Source of the DNA: Pristiophorus japonicus
Taxonomy: Eukaryota
Direction: 5' to 3'
Length of the DNA: 64,000 nt
Assembly (NCBI RefSeq): GCF_044704955.1
Contig: NC_091994.1
Location: 95,108,001-95,172,000, forward strand
Shown here in pieces: positions 31,606 through 43,300 of the stretch. The translations under genes and the position numbers were made by a program. The notes under the pieces are model-generated. The model worked only from the letters and a program-made list of their open reading frames with translations. It did not search any database and had not been told where the DNA came from. Position 1 is the stretch's first letter. Each line of letters starts with the position of its first letter.

Positions 31606-32106
31606 GACAAGTGCTAGATGATGTTCTTGTGTCCAGAAAGTGCTCAGTGATCATCGCTGGGTCGGGACCGAACAGCCTCCCTCGATGGGGAAATATTAAG
31701 TTCACAGACCGGCTCGGTGAGATGAAACAGTGCTGAGCACAAAGCTGCTGCCTCTGACTGGTGTCTTATCCACCAGCCCAAACACTGCACATACATCAAG
31801 CAGACAGCTGCTTTTTCCTTAACACCACATCCCATCCGAACTCTTACAGCTTGGCCTCAGTCCCAGCCTAGGCTCAACAAAATATCCCAAAGCATTGGCC
31901 AAAAAAAGGGATTTCCTTATATGGATGAGAAAATCCGGAGCTGAGAGTGTGCTGGCACTTGAAGAATTTTCTGTTCTTCTCTTTTTCATTCCTCTTTTTT
32001 CCAGGAATTTTCTTGTCTCTTCACCTGAAGGCACGGACTTAGCCTGGGTTAAGATGCTGGGTGCTCTCTTGCCCCTCACCCACGTAGCCATTCTTCAGTG
32101 ACACAG

Positions 32107-32720
32107 GAGCGTTAAGATATTAGGACAGGACTTGGTCAAAGTGGTAGGTTTTAAGAAGGGTCTTAAAGGAGGAAAGAGAGATAGAGAGGCACAGAAGTTT
32201 AGGGAGGGAATTCCAGAGCATAGGGCCTTGGCAACTGAAGGCACAGCTGTAAATGGTGGAGCGATGAAAGTATGGGGAGCACAAGAGGCCAGAATTGGAG
32301 AAACGCAGAGATCTCGGGGGGGTTGTAATGCTTGAGGAGGTTACAGAGATAGGGAGGGGCGAAGCCATGAAGGGATTTGAAATCAAAGGGTGAGAATTTT
32401 AACATCAAAGCATTGCCGGTTCAGGAGCCAATGTAGGTCAGCGAGCACGAGGGTAATGGGTGAACAGGACTTGGTGCGAGTTAGGATACAGGCAGCAGAG
32501 TTTTGGATGAGTTCGAGTTTATGGATGGTGGAAAAGACATTGGAGGAGGATGCAGACAGGTCGAGGAGGATGAGGAGGTATAGGTTACCATGGTCACAGT
32601 CACACAGAATGTCATTTGTGACTTTGATTAGGGCCCTTTCAGTGCTGTGGCAGGGGCGGAAACCTGATTGGAGAGTTTCAAACATGGAGTTGCAGAATAG
32701 ATGGGCACGGATTTGGGAGA
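32107..32720 (-). mobile_element. L2 fragment with an internal deletion
   Basis: LQSGFRPCHSTERALIKVTNDIL joined to KLELIQNSAA. Confidence 0.8.
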
Positions 32721-33404
32721 ATTTAGTCAGTTGCAATTTTCCCTCTGCTGTCCCAGCCGAAAGCGGACAACTCAGCACAGGGATGGAATTGGTGAGCCTT
32801 CCTGCTCTGTATAAATCCCAGCTATTCACTCATATACCCAGCAGGGATCAAGAAGCTTTTTAATCCTATTTAATCAGCCTGCAACATGGGAGGCACAACC
32901 ACCGGGTGGTGCTGTTTACCCCTGTTGAACACAGTGACGGAGATCAAAAGATTCAGCACCTCTTAACATAGTTTAAGGTTTCGGGTGTGGACCCGTCAAC
33001 AGAAGTGGAAACCAAGACACAGGGGCCCACTTTTCTCAGGGCAACATGTCCCGTTTGGTTTTCGTGGGCCTGGACGTTTTTAAAAAGGACTGTTCTTAAC
33101 GCTGGTGCCTCGGGGGAGGAAATCCTAAATCAGATCAACAACCTGAGATATATGCAGCTTAATGAGAAAGTGAATTTAATCCTCATCATTGGCCTAGTAA
33201 GCACGCCCTGGTCTGTCTCCCAGCTTCCAGTCCCCTTTCTTTCTCTTCACAGGTCTGCCACACCTGTTGTGCATTTCCAGCACTTTCCATTTTTAGACTG
33301 ATAGCAGCCACTACAACAGGTTTTGAATGACCCTATTATACAGTTCCAGCTTATTCCCAAGGCCACAGAATCCAGATAGTGTGAGGTTTTCTCTTTAGCT
33401 CCTG

Positions 33405-33910
33405 ACAGGCCTTCCACCTTCCTTAAACTTGAGCTCATCCAACACTCTGCTGCCCCTGTCCTAACACCCATCAAATCCCGTTCACCCATCATCCCTGTGC
33501 TCGCTGACCAACATTGGCTCGAATTTAAATTTCTCATCCTTGTTTTCAAATCCCTGCGTGGCCTTACCCCTCCCTATCTCTGTAACCTCCTCCAGCCCCA
33601 CAACCCTCCGAGATCTCTGCGCTCCTCCAATTCTGTCCTCTTGTCTATCCCGCACTTCCTTCGCCCCACCATTGGTGGCCGTGTCTTCAGTTGTCTGGGC
33701 CTTAAGCTCTGGAATTCCCTTCTTAAACCTCTCCGCCTCTCTCTTCTCCTTTAAGGCGCTCCTTAAAACCTACTGCTTTGATCCGTTACCTGTCCTAATA
33801 CCTCCTTAAGTGGTTCAGCGTCATATTTTTTTGATAACGCTCCTGTGAAGTGCTTTGGGATGTTTACTACATTAAAGGTGATATATAAATGCCAGTTGGG
33901 GTTGTTGTTG
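33405..33910 (+). mobile_element. L2 3' fragment
   Basis: [19 protein letters not shown]...KLWNSL and tail. Confidence 0.8.
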
Positions 33911-34188
33911 AACTTTAGGCAGGTTTAAACAGAGCCCTGTGTCTGTTTACCAGCCTGCCTGAGTCAGTGCAGCAGTCTGGCAATGGGTGGCCGGGGCAGG
34001 TCTCATGTGTAGCTGTTTGTGTGAAGCTCGACAGTCGGGCTCTGTGTTCACACACTGCTGGGTTTGGCTGCGATTAGCCTGTGCAGATGTGTGGACAGGA
34101 TTTTGAATGTGGTTTGGCAACGGCTGCGCTCCGTACTCCCAAAGACAACAGCTGTTGGAATCAGAGGTGGAGCAGAAAGGAGAGAGGG

Positions 34189-34340
34189 NNNNNNNNNNNN
34201 NNNNNNNNNNNNNNNNNNNNNNNNNNNNNNNNNNNNNNNNNNNNNNNNNNNNNNNNNNNNNNNNNNNNNNNNNNNNNNNNNNNNNNNNNNNNNNNNNNNN
34301 NNNNNNNNNNNNNNNNNNNNNNNNNNNNNNNNNNNNNNNN
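34189..34340. other. Assembly gap (152 N)
   Basis: Run of N. Confidence 1.
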
Positions 34341-34700
34341 AGGGAAAGATAAAGAGGCAAAGAGAGAGAAGGGGAAGGATAAAGAGGCAAAGAGAGAGAG
34401 GGAAGGATAAAGAGGCAAAGAGGGGGAAGGATAAAGAGGCAAAGAGAGAGAGGGAAGGATAAAGAGGCAAAGAGAGAGGGAGAAGGATAAAGAGGCAGAG
34501 AGAGAGGGAAGGAAGGAGAAAAAGGCAAAGAGAGAGGGAGAGGGGAGAGTGAGTAAGAAAGAGGAAAAGAAAAGGAAAAAGTGAGCGAGAGAGAAAAAGA
34601 AAGAGTGAGAGAAAAAGAGAAGCGAGAGAGAAAAAGAGTGAGAGAAAAAGAGAAGCGGCGGGGGGGAGAGAGAGAGAGAGAGAGAGAGGAGGAGGGAGGA
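34341..34700. repeat. Polypurine tract with ~26-bp GGATAAAGAGGCAAAGAGAG units
   Basis: Direct inspection. Confidence 0.9.
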
Positions 34701-34729
34701 ATAACCAGGCAGAGGGAGAGATTGAGAGA

Positions 34730-34960
34730 GCCGGGAGATGGTGGTTTAAAGCGAGACACCGAGGGGAGCAGGCTGGGGTTGTTCCCTGGGACCGAGACTC
34801 CGGATCTCCGGCAGTGAGGGAGGAGCGGGCGGAACTTCCAAGAGTTGGGAAAACTTTTTGTCTCAATTTTTGCAGAGCGAGTGTTGAAGGGGCCGGAGAG
34901 AGAGCGAGCGAGCCCGGGACCGGAGCCGGACACAGACCCACAGCCGGTAATAAGCCGCCC
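34730..34960 (+). promoter_or_regulatory. CpG-rich candidate promoter and non-coding first exon of the CCDC50-like gene
   Basis: Locally high CpG density, TTTAAA at 34745, GGGCGG box, possible donor CCG|GTAATA at 34946/34947; the first coding exon has its own acceptor. Confidence 0.5.
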
Positions 34961-35039
34961 AAACTCTCGAGCTTTGTTACTGTTTATCAACATTAAACGG
35001 ATATTTTTGTGCTTCGCAACATATTCCTCACAATATTGT

Positions 35040-35525
35040 GTGGGTGGAGGGAGGATTTGGTGGGGGGTTAGGGATCAGCTGGGTTTTGGTAGGTTCTGGT
35101 TCGGGGTTTGGATTGGGGGGGGGGGGGGGGGTCTGATTTTGCTGGGTTGTGGGTTTGGGTTTTTGGGGGGGGTTGGGTTGTTTGGGGGGGGTGGGGTTGG
35201 GGTTGTGGGTTTGGGTTGTGGGGGGGTTGGGGTTGTGGGTTTGGGTTGTTTGGGGGGGGGGTTGGGGTTGTGGGGGGGGTGGGGTTGGGGTTGTGGGTTT
35301 GGGTTGTGGGGGGGGGTTGGGGTTGTGGGGTTGGGTTGTGGGGGGGGGTTGGGGTTGTGGGTTTGGGTTGTTTGGGGGGGGTTGTGGGTTTGGGTTGTTT
35401 GGCGGGGGGTTGTGGGTTTGGGTTGTTTGAGGGGGGGGTTGGGATTGTGGGTTTAGGTTGTTTGGGGGGGCGTTGGGATTGTGAGCTTGGGTTGTTGGGG
35501 GGATGGGGTTGGGTTGTGGGGTTGA
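35040..35525. repeat. G/T-rich low-complexity repeat (GGGTT/GGGGTT modules)
   Basis: Direct inspection. Confidence 0.9.
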
Positions 35526-36299
35526 ATTAATTTGAATTTATTTTTGGGAGCAGCAAGTATTATTTCTGACATTATGGAGAGATTTGGAACAAGAAATTGA
35601 GTTGTGGAAAGAGTCTGAACTTTATCCTGGAGTGTGTCTGCAGATGGATGATCTACTGGTATAGGTGGAGCTCTGTTCAGTCTGTAAGCTCTGCCAGACA
35701 TTGTCTGTCATCCTGCCTGGTGATTCTTTTCCTCTAGGCTCTGAACATATTCTCCACTGAAGAGCACCACATCTGCTGCAGTGCCCGTTGTGCCTGATCA
35801 TCACCTGGACCTTCTCCCTGTCTCTGGTGGTGATGTGTGTCTTCACAAGGACCAGCTGTTCTCCAGTGCCCACTCTTCCTGTGTGCGCCTCGGCTGCAAG
35901 TCTCAACTGGCTATTCAGCCATGAGTTTGAAGCTCTAGACACTGTCCAACACACACTTCTTCCTCACTGTATTGAAAGGAAGACTTGTCATGCCATCTCC
36001 TGCTCTAAAATTCTTTTCCACACCACAGAACTGTGAACTTCCTCCCCTCCCTTAGTTATCCCATCTTCCTCCAATCAACAGACTTTAAAGGCCAAGCTTG
36101 AAGTCACCTGACCAGTCTGTGATTTAGCTCCTCTCCTTTGCAGCTCCCACCTGATCCCCAATCCCCCACCAACTCCTCCCTCCATCCACACAATATTGTG
36201 AGGAATATGTTGCAAAACACACAAATATCCGTGGAAGGGTTTTGTGATTGGGTCGAGGTAACTTTATGTGTTACAGTCAAATCGTGGATGGATTTAACT

Positions 36300-37093
36300 G
36301 TGTCAGATTGTGCCGATGCAAATGACTCTTTCATAGGGGTTTATATTCTGGGGTGTGTTGGTCCCATATAAATCTTGGGAATTTATACAGAGGAGGTAAC
36401 TGCGATGCAAATGACCCTTGCATAGGGGTTTGTATTTTGGGATTTGTTCCAATATAAATCGTAGAGAACACCTCCGCCAGTCGGGCTATAAAAGAGCTGG
36501 AGCATACCACTACAACTTTCAGCACGAGCTGCTACAAGTGTGCGACAGTTTTGAGGTGGGCGACTGGGTGGTCATCAAAACCCAGGTCGCTGTTTGGAGC
36601 GTGGGCAGGAACATCGGCAGGGCCCAGGTACAGCGGATGAGCGGGAAGGTCGGGGCAGATGAGCGGGAAGGTCGGGGCGGATGAGCGGTGAGAGATCATG
36701 GCAGATGAGCGGCGAGAAATCGTGGCGGAGGAGCGGTGAATGTTTTTGTGCTGGAGGAGCGGTGTGAGATCGCGGTGGAGGAGCGGCGAGAGATCATGGT
36801 GGCGGTGCGGGGCCCAGAAGAGCCAAGGACCCAGGGGCAGCACCGGCCAGCCCACACTGCAATATGTGTGCGTGCAGCAGTGCATGTCGCCAGTCGTCCT
36901 GGTTTATCCTTGCCATTGGTGGCTGGTGTGCAACGGTCACCACACGTTTTATATATAAAAAAAAAAAATCCACGCACAGGCATCTTCCATCCCCTCAATT
37001 GGAGTTCAGGACGTGAACATCTGGTCCTTCATTGAAACATCTGTGAACTCATGTGGAAGCAAGTCATCCTTGTTCGAAGGACCGCTAATGATT
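36300..37093 (+). mobile_element. Non-autonomous element with an RTE-type 3' end and internal ~22-bp GAGCGG repeats
   Basis: The 3' end GTGGAAGCAAGTCATCC...ATGAT resembles the RTE tail at 63085-63137; the 5' boundary is uncertain. Confidence 0.5.
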
Positions 37094-37312
37094 TGCAGCT
37101 CTTTCCAACCTCGGCTGTGTCCTGCACTGCCTTGGGCCGCCTTCCCCCTGGGTTTCTCAATTTTTAATTTTTTTTTAAACTGTGAGTTAGCTATGAATCC
37201 TTTGTTACATAGTTTGTACATCATATAAAGCATTTTTCTGTGTGTTTATTTTAGATCGCTTAATTATTTGGATGATGCCAACCCAAGTTTGACACTCCGC
37301 CCCAAACTAGCA

Positions 37313-37361
37313 ATGACTGAAATCGCAATCGATCAATCCAATCTCCCTCGGGTGCAAGAAG
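37313..37361 (+). CDS. CCDC50-like coding exon 1 (exon probably starts at 37255)
   Basis: GCAATGA start; donor AAG|GTGAGA; upstream acceptor TTTATTTTAG at 37254. Confidence 0.85.
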
Positions 37362-40300
37362 GTGAGAGGGAGATGAACCTTTCTATGTTGTGTTTTTATA
37401 CATTCCAAGTTTGTGTGTGTTTATTTATAATTGCATTATCTCCTCCAATTGACTCATTTGCTAAGTGCAACGACAAGTTGCATTTATATAGCGCTGTTAA
37501 CGTAGTAAAACGTCCCAAGGTGCTTCATGGGAGCGTAAATCAAACCAAAATTGACACCGAGCCAAAGCAGGAGATATTGGGACAGGGGACCAAAAGCTTT
37601 GTCAAAGAGGTTTAAGGAGGGTCTTGGAGGAGAGAGAAATTTAGGAAAGGAATTCCATAGTTTGTGGCCTAGATGACATCGAGGTAACACCAATGGTCAG
37701 GATGGGGAAGACTGACGACTTGGAAATGCACCAGAAAAGAGTTGGATGCAAAAATGTAACACGCTTCTATGATAAACATCAGGGATTATCATCAGTGAAC
37801 TTTGTATATGATGCAGTGTAACCATAAACTTGAGGTGGCCATATTTCCCTCTAGCAATGAGTTGATAAACAACAGCCCATCATCCCAAAAAATGGTAAAG
37901 GGGCGACCCTGGTAAATAATCTTGGATTTCAGGATTGGCTTTAGTTCTATTCTTCCCCCTTTTTTCCCAGTCAAGAATAGTAGCGAGCCGATGCAAACCA
38001 AACCAGATACATTGATGGGACAGTGTAGAAGGAGCTTTACTCTGTATCTAACCCGTGCTGTACCTGCCCTGGGAATGTTTGATGGGACAGTGTTGAGGGA
38101 GCTTTACTCTGTATCTAACCCGTGCTGTACCTGCCCTGGGAATGTTTGATGGGACAGTGTTGAGGGAGCTTTACTCTGTATCTAACCCGTGCTGTACCTG
38201 CCCTGGGAATGTTTGATGGGACAGTGTAGAGGGAGCTTTACTCTGTATCTAACCCGTGCTGTACCTGCCCTGGGAATGTTTGATGGGACAGTGCAGTCGG
38301 TTTCAGTAGCAGTCAAATTCATATAAACTTGAGCCAACCGCACTGGTGAAAGTCTGGGGCAGTCGCCCTGTTGATTCTGGATGTTTGATTCCCAGCAGAA
38401 ACTTCCTGAGGAAGAAAATGGCATGCAGTGCGATAAGTATTTAATTTATTTGTTTTCAGTTGGAGTGCGATGTCCAGAATAAACAGGTTCTGAGCTTTCT
38501 CTAACACCAACCTTTTGTGTCTTATTCCCGGAGTCTGGGCTGTTTATTCCACAGCAGGCAGTAGATGTAAACATCAATAAACTGTCAGCAAATGTCCTTC
38601 TATAGCATCTATTTTATTTATAATGTTGTCAAAAATCCACTTTGGTCCACAATCCTTCTTTCGACCGTCTCTGGAGGGGGGGCAGAGGTTGGGGGAGGGG
38701 TCGGGGACAGGGTGATGCAAGAATCCTTTCAAAAATGGAGCAGTAGGTGTTTAGTGGGACTGGAAGCCTTAACGGCACTTTGTGAATATATCCCTTGGGT
38801 CAGCTGTTCCACTTTCTGCATGAGGAGAGCAATTTTTTAATGTCAGCACTCACTACTGTTTTGGACTCTGGCCTCCTTTACAATTCCCTTCCTTTTGAAG
38901 ACGGTGAATTCAGCCACCTTGCCCCCTCTCTCCCCAAACCCCCCTCTCATTAACCCAATCCCCTCTGCCCTGCTATCCTTCTCCCCTAAATCCCCTGCCT
39001 AAACCCCCTCCGCCCTGCTACATCTCACCCTTAACCCCTTCCCCTAAAGCCCCTCCACCCTGCTACTTCTCTCCCCTAACCCCCCCTTCCCCTAAATGCC
39101 CTCCACCCTACTATCCCTCTCCCCTAAAGCCCCTCCACACTGCTACTTCTCTCCCCTAACCCCACCCCCCCCCCCCAAAGGCCCTCCGTCCTGCCACCTC
39201 TTTGGCCCTTCTTCAAAAGCCATCTGATTAAAGAGGCTCCTTTATAGATAGATGAATCCAGAACAAGGGGTATAACTTTAAATGAGAGCTCAGCCATTCA
39301 GGGGTGATGTCAGAACGCACTTTACACAAGGGTCGTGGAAATCTGGAAAACTCTCCCCAAAAAGAAAAGAAACGTTTACTTCGTTAAATATTTGGCAAGG
39401 AAGTTTCACCTTGCTTGTTTTGTTTTCCTGTTTACTGAATGAAAGCTCGGCAAGGGGATTTTAAATATCAACTGGGGCAGTTCCACCTCCTATAATATGT
39501 CCTGGTGATTCGTCTCCAGCCTGGGGCACGGTTGAGCTGACTTGTCAGGGCTCCTCTCTAAATGGGTAACTCCAGAGATTATTGCTGAATATAAACTGAG
39601 GGCAGTTGTAACTGATTGTAAATGTTAGCCTCCAGGTCAGTGACTGTGATTTTTTTTCATTCTTCGGATATAGGGGTGTCACTGGAAATATCCTCAACCT
39701 CCCCTTAACCTTCTCTGTTCCAAGGAGAACAACCCCAGCTTTTCCAGTCTCTCCACATAACTGAAGTCCCTCATCCCTGGAACCATTCTCGTAAATCTCC
39801 TCTGCACCCTCTCCAAGGCCTTGACATCCTTCCATTGGGCTCAATACACCAGTTGGGGCCTAAACCTGGGATGTGTAAAGATTTAGCATAACTTCCTTGC
39901 TTGAGCCATTGGAAAAGCCCATGGCCTAAATTCCACCCATCTCCTTTCTTTCTTGCCTCTGCTGTAACCCTTCTCAGACCCATTTGTCCATGTGTACGTG
40001 GGGCTCTAAATTCATAGCTATGCACTGCCTCTGGATTCAGGATTAACAAGGAGGGGTGGGAAAGGGAGATCTTTATGGTGATTCTGAGGAGAGATCTTTT
40101 GAAACCCCTAAAGCTGGTGGCCATCAACTCAAAGTCGGAGCGTTTGCATTTGTAAAACACTCTGGGGAAACTCAAAAGCAAAATACTGTGGATGCTGGAA
40201 TCTGAAATAAAAACAGAAAATGCTGGAAATCTCAGCGGGTCTGGCAGCATCTGTGGAGAGAGGCAGAGTTAACGTTTCGGGTCGATGACCCTTCGTCAGA

Positions 40301-43300
40301 ACTGGCAAATATTCGAAAAGATCAGATTCTAAAGAAAGGGGGAGGGGAAGAAAGAACAAAAGGGGAAGGTCTGTGATCGGGGAGAAGACAGGAGAGATTA
40401 GAGAGCCATAAGGGGTGATGGGCCGACTTGAAATGATAGTGGCAGAAGTTGGAAAACGGTTAGTCTAGATAGGGTGTCAATGGCGGAATAATTACCAGCT
40501 GCCATGGGAGACAGAGAAAAAAATGACAAGATCGAGGAGGGGGGCCAAATATGGACAGAGGTTATGGTCTGAAATTGTTGAACTCGATGTTGAGTCCAGA
40601 AGGCTGTAAAGTGCCTAAACGAAAGATGAGGTGCTGTTCCTCGAGCTTGCGTTCAGCTTCATTGGATCAGTGTAGGAGGCCGAGGACGGAGATGTGGAGC
40701 AGGGATTTAAAGTGACAGGTGACCGGAAGCTCCAGGTCACACTTACGGACTGAACAGAGGTGTTCCACAAAGCGGTCACCCAATCTACCTTTGGTCTCCC
40801 CAATGTAGCAGCGAATACAGTATACTAAATTGAAAGAAGTACAAGTAAATCGCTGTTTCACCTGGAAGGAGTATTTGGGGCCCTGGATAGTGGGGAGGGA
40901 GGAGGTAAAAGGCAGGTGTTGCATCTCCTGCACTTGCACGGGAAGGTGCCGGGGGAAGGGGAGGGAGTGCTGGGGGTGACTGCAGAATGGACCAGGGTGT
41001 TGTGGAGGGAGCGGCCCCTTCAGAACGCTGAGGGGAGGGGGAAGATGTGATTGGTGGTGGGATCACGCTGGAGGTGGTGGAAATGGCGGAGGATGATCCA
41101 TTGAACGTGGAGGCTGGTGGGGTGAAGGGTGTGGACAAGGGGAACCCTATCGTGGTTCTGAGAGGGAGGGGAAGGGGTGAGTGCAGAGATACTCGGGAAA
41201 TTCATCCTGCCCAAGTTTCTCTGTTTCATTTGAGTAAGAGTTTTGTGGGGCGAGTTTTATTCGTAAATGTTTCTGTTGCTGTAAAGCCCTCTGCAGTCGC
41301 ATGAGCCTCCCCAAACCCACCCCCCAGCAGCAGCTGTTTGTACCTCTGTCTACAGCCCCATCTGTGAGGCATTAACATCTGAATGAGCTGCTACATTCGC
41401 TCTGACATTCCCTGTTCAGGGATCTGTTCCCAGAGCATCACGATCAAAAGGAGACTGGAGAGGGAGGGCCTGTTTCTGTTTGGAGAGGGAGGGTTGTTCC
41501 CGTCTGTTCCTTTCACAGCTGAACAAACCCTGGGCACTGTCATTTTGACCATTTTTTGAGTTGAGATGTGTTTTTAAGTTTTGGGGGAAAAAAAACACAA
41601 AAGTCCTTGATTTCAGAAGTTAACTGGGAGTTTGTGGGGTATTTGTACATATTCATTGTAACTCTCAATCCTGCTGCTAACCAGATATCTACCATTTTTT
41701 TTTGTGTGTATCTCTGTGTCTGTCACCTGTACAGTGTACTCCAGCCTCAACCTCAGACAAATACATTGTACTGCACGATTGTTATATTCTTCCATTTCCT
41801 AGCATCGTTACCAGTCCTTCTGTGGTCTCTGAGTCAGATTGTTAAATTTAGGGCAGTTTTGTTCCAGAGACTTGCACCCCCATCACCAGCAACAACTTGC
41901 ATTTATATAGCACCGTTAACGTAGTACAATATCCCAAGGCACTCCATAGGAGCATTATAAAATGAAATTTGACACCAAGCCACATGAGATATATTGAGAC
42001 AAGAGGTAGGTTTTAAGGAGCGTCTTCAAGGTGGAGAGGTTCAGGGAGGGGATTTCTGAGCTTGGGGGGGGAACCTGGGCAGCTGGAGGTACGGTGGTGG
42101 AGCGATGAAAATTGGGGATGTGCAAGAGGCCAGAATTGGAGCAGCGCAGAGATCTCAAAGGGTTATAGGACTGGAGGAGGTTGCAGAGATAGGGAGAAGC
42201 AAGGCCATGGAAGGGTTTGGATATAAGGATGAGTCACCACTTGGTTGGAACCGACCAGATTTATTTTGTATCGGAGTCTTGTCACCAGGCAGAGAAAGAC
42301 ATTCATCCCATAGCACTGCATTGAATTGGATCCAGGACCTGGAGGTGCTGCCCCACAGTATAACTGCACCGTCTGGCTTCCTGCAGCACAGCTTTTGATT
42401 AGAAGTTAATCTGTTTAGGAGCCTGCTGCACAGATGCAACACTCTGGGTGGAGAAATTTCTAATCTTGTACTTGCTTGAGCCTTGTACTTGTGTTCTCTA
42501 GTTCACTAAAATTAATCTGCTTACATTATTAATTTCGGCATGCAGGCAAGTGAGGACCTTTGATCAGATTGGCAATTTCCAGTGTAAACTCTCTGAGCCT
42601 CCCTCATACATAGAGCCAGCACACACCTCCATACCTGGCCTCCTCTACATCCCCTCTTAATTGGTGCCAGTCTTTTCAGCCACTTTGATCCACACTCGGG
42701 GACACTATCCCAAAGCCCCTAGTTATCACACTCCTTTTTCCAAATCTTTCTCAATCCTGGCCTTGAATTGTCACCCCAACTCTTCTCCCACCATTGTTCG
42801 GAGTCCATATTTTCACCTCTCTGAAGTACCTTGGGAAATCTTACGATGTTAAACCTGCCACATAAATGTAAATTTAGTAAGTCCTGGAATAAACCTAGTC
42901 ACCGTTCCTTGAACTCTTTCCAGTATGCCAGTGTTCATTTGATGAAGGCTGTCCAAAATTGTATGTAATACTGCATTCGACCTTGCAAATGAGGTTTATA
43001 CAGGAACATAATAACGATTCACTACTACTTGTCAGTCTGTTGCTGACAGCTTCCCATTGTCTAGTCGTTCTGTTTGGACTATACAGTACTCTGGTCTGTC
43101 GTACCTTGAGTACTGTGTCCAGTTCTGATCACCAAGATTTGGAGACATTGAAGTCCTTGAGGCATTTCGGAGAAGGGCCCTCAGACTGCTCGTCATCATT
43201 AGCCAACTGAGTTATAAGCGAAGGCCACAGAACTTGGGCTATGCAACCTTGAAATGAAGTAGCGTATATGAGATGGTAAACGTGATGGAAGAGGTAATTC

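Noticed and set aside
33947-35530. Long ORFs around the gap and Gly/Val/Trp-rich ORFs
   Set aside because: Produced by N runs and simple repeats
36548-36585. FEVGDWVVIK resembling a retroviral integrase C-terminus
   Set aside because: Too short, with no other pol motifs nearby
35040-39195. Telomere-like TTGGGG and CCCTAA motifs
   Set aside because: No run of canonical TTAGGG; only degenerate low-complexity sequence
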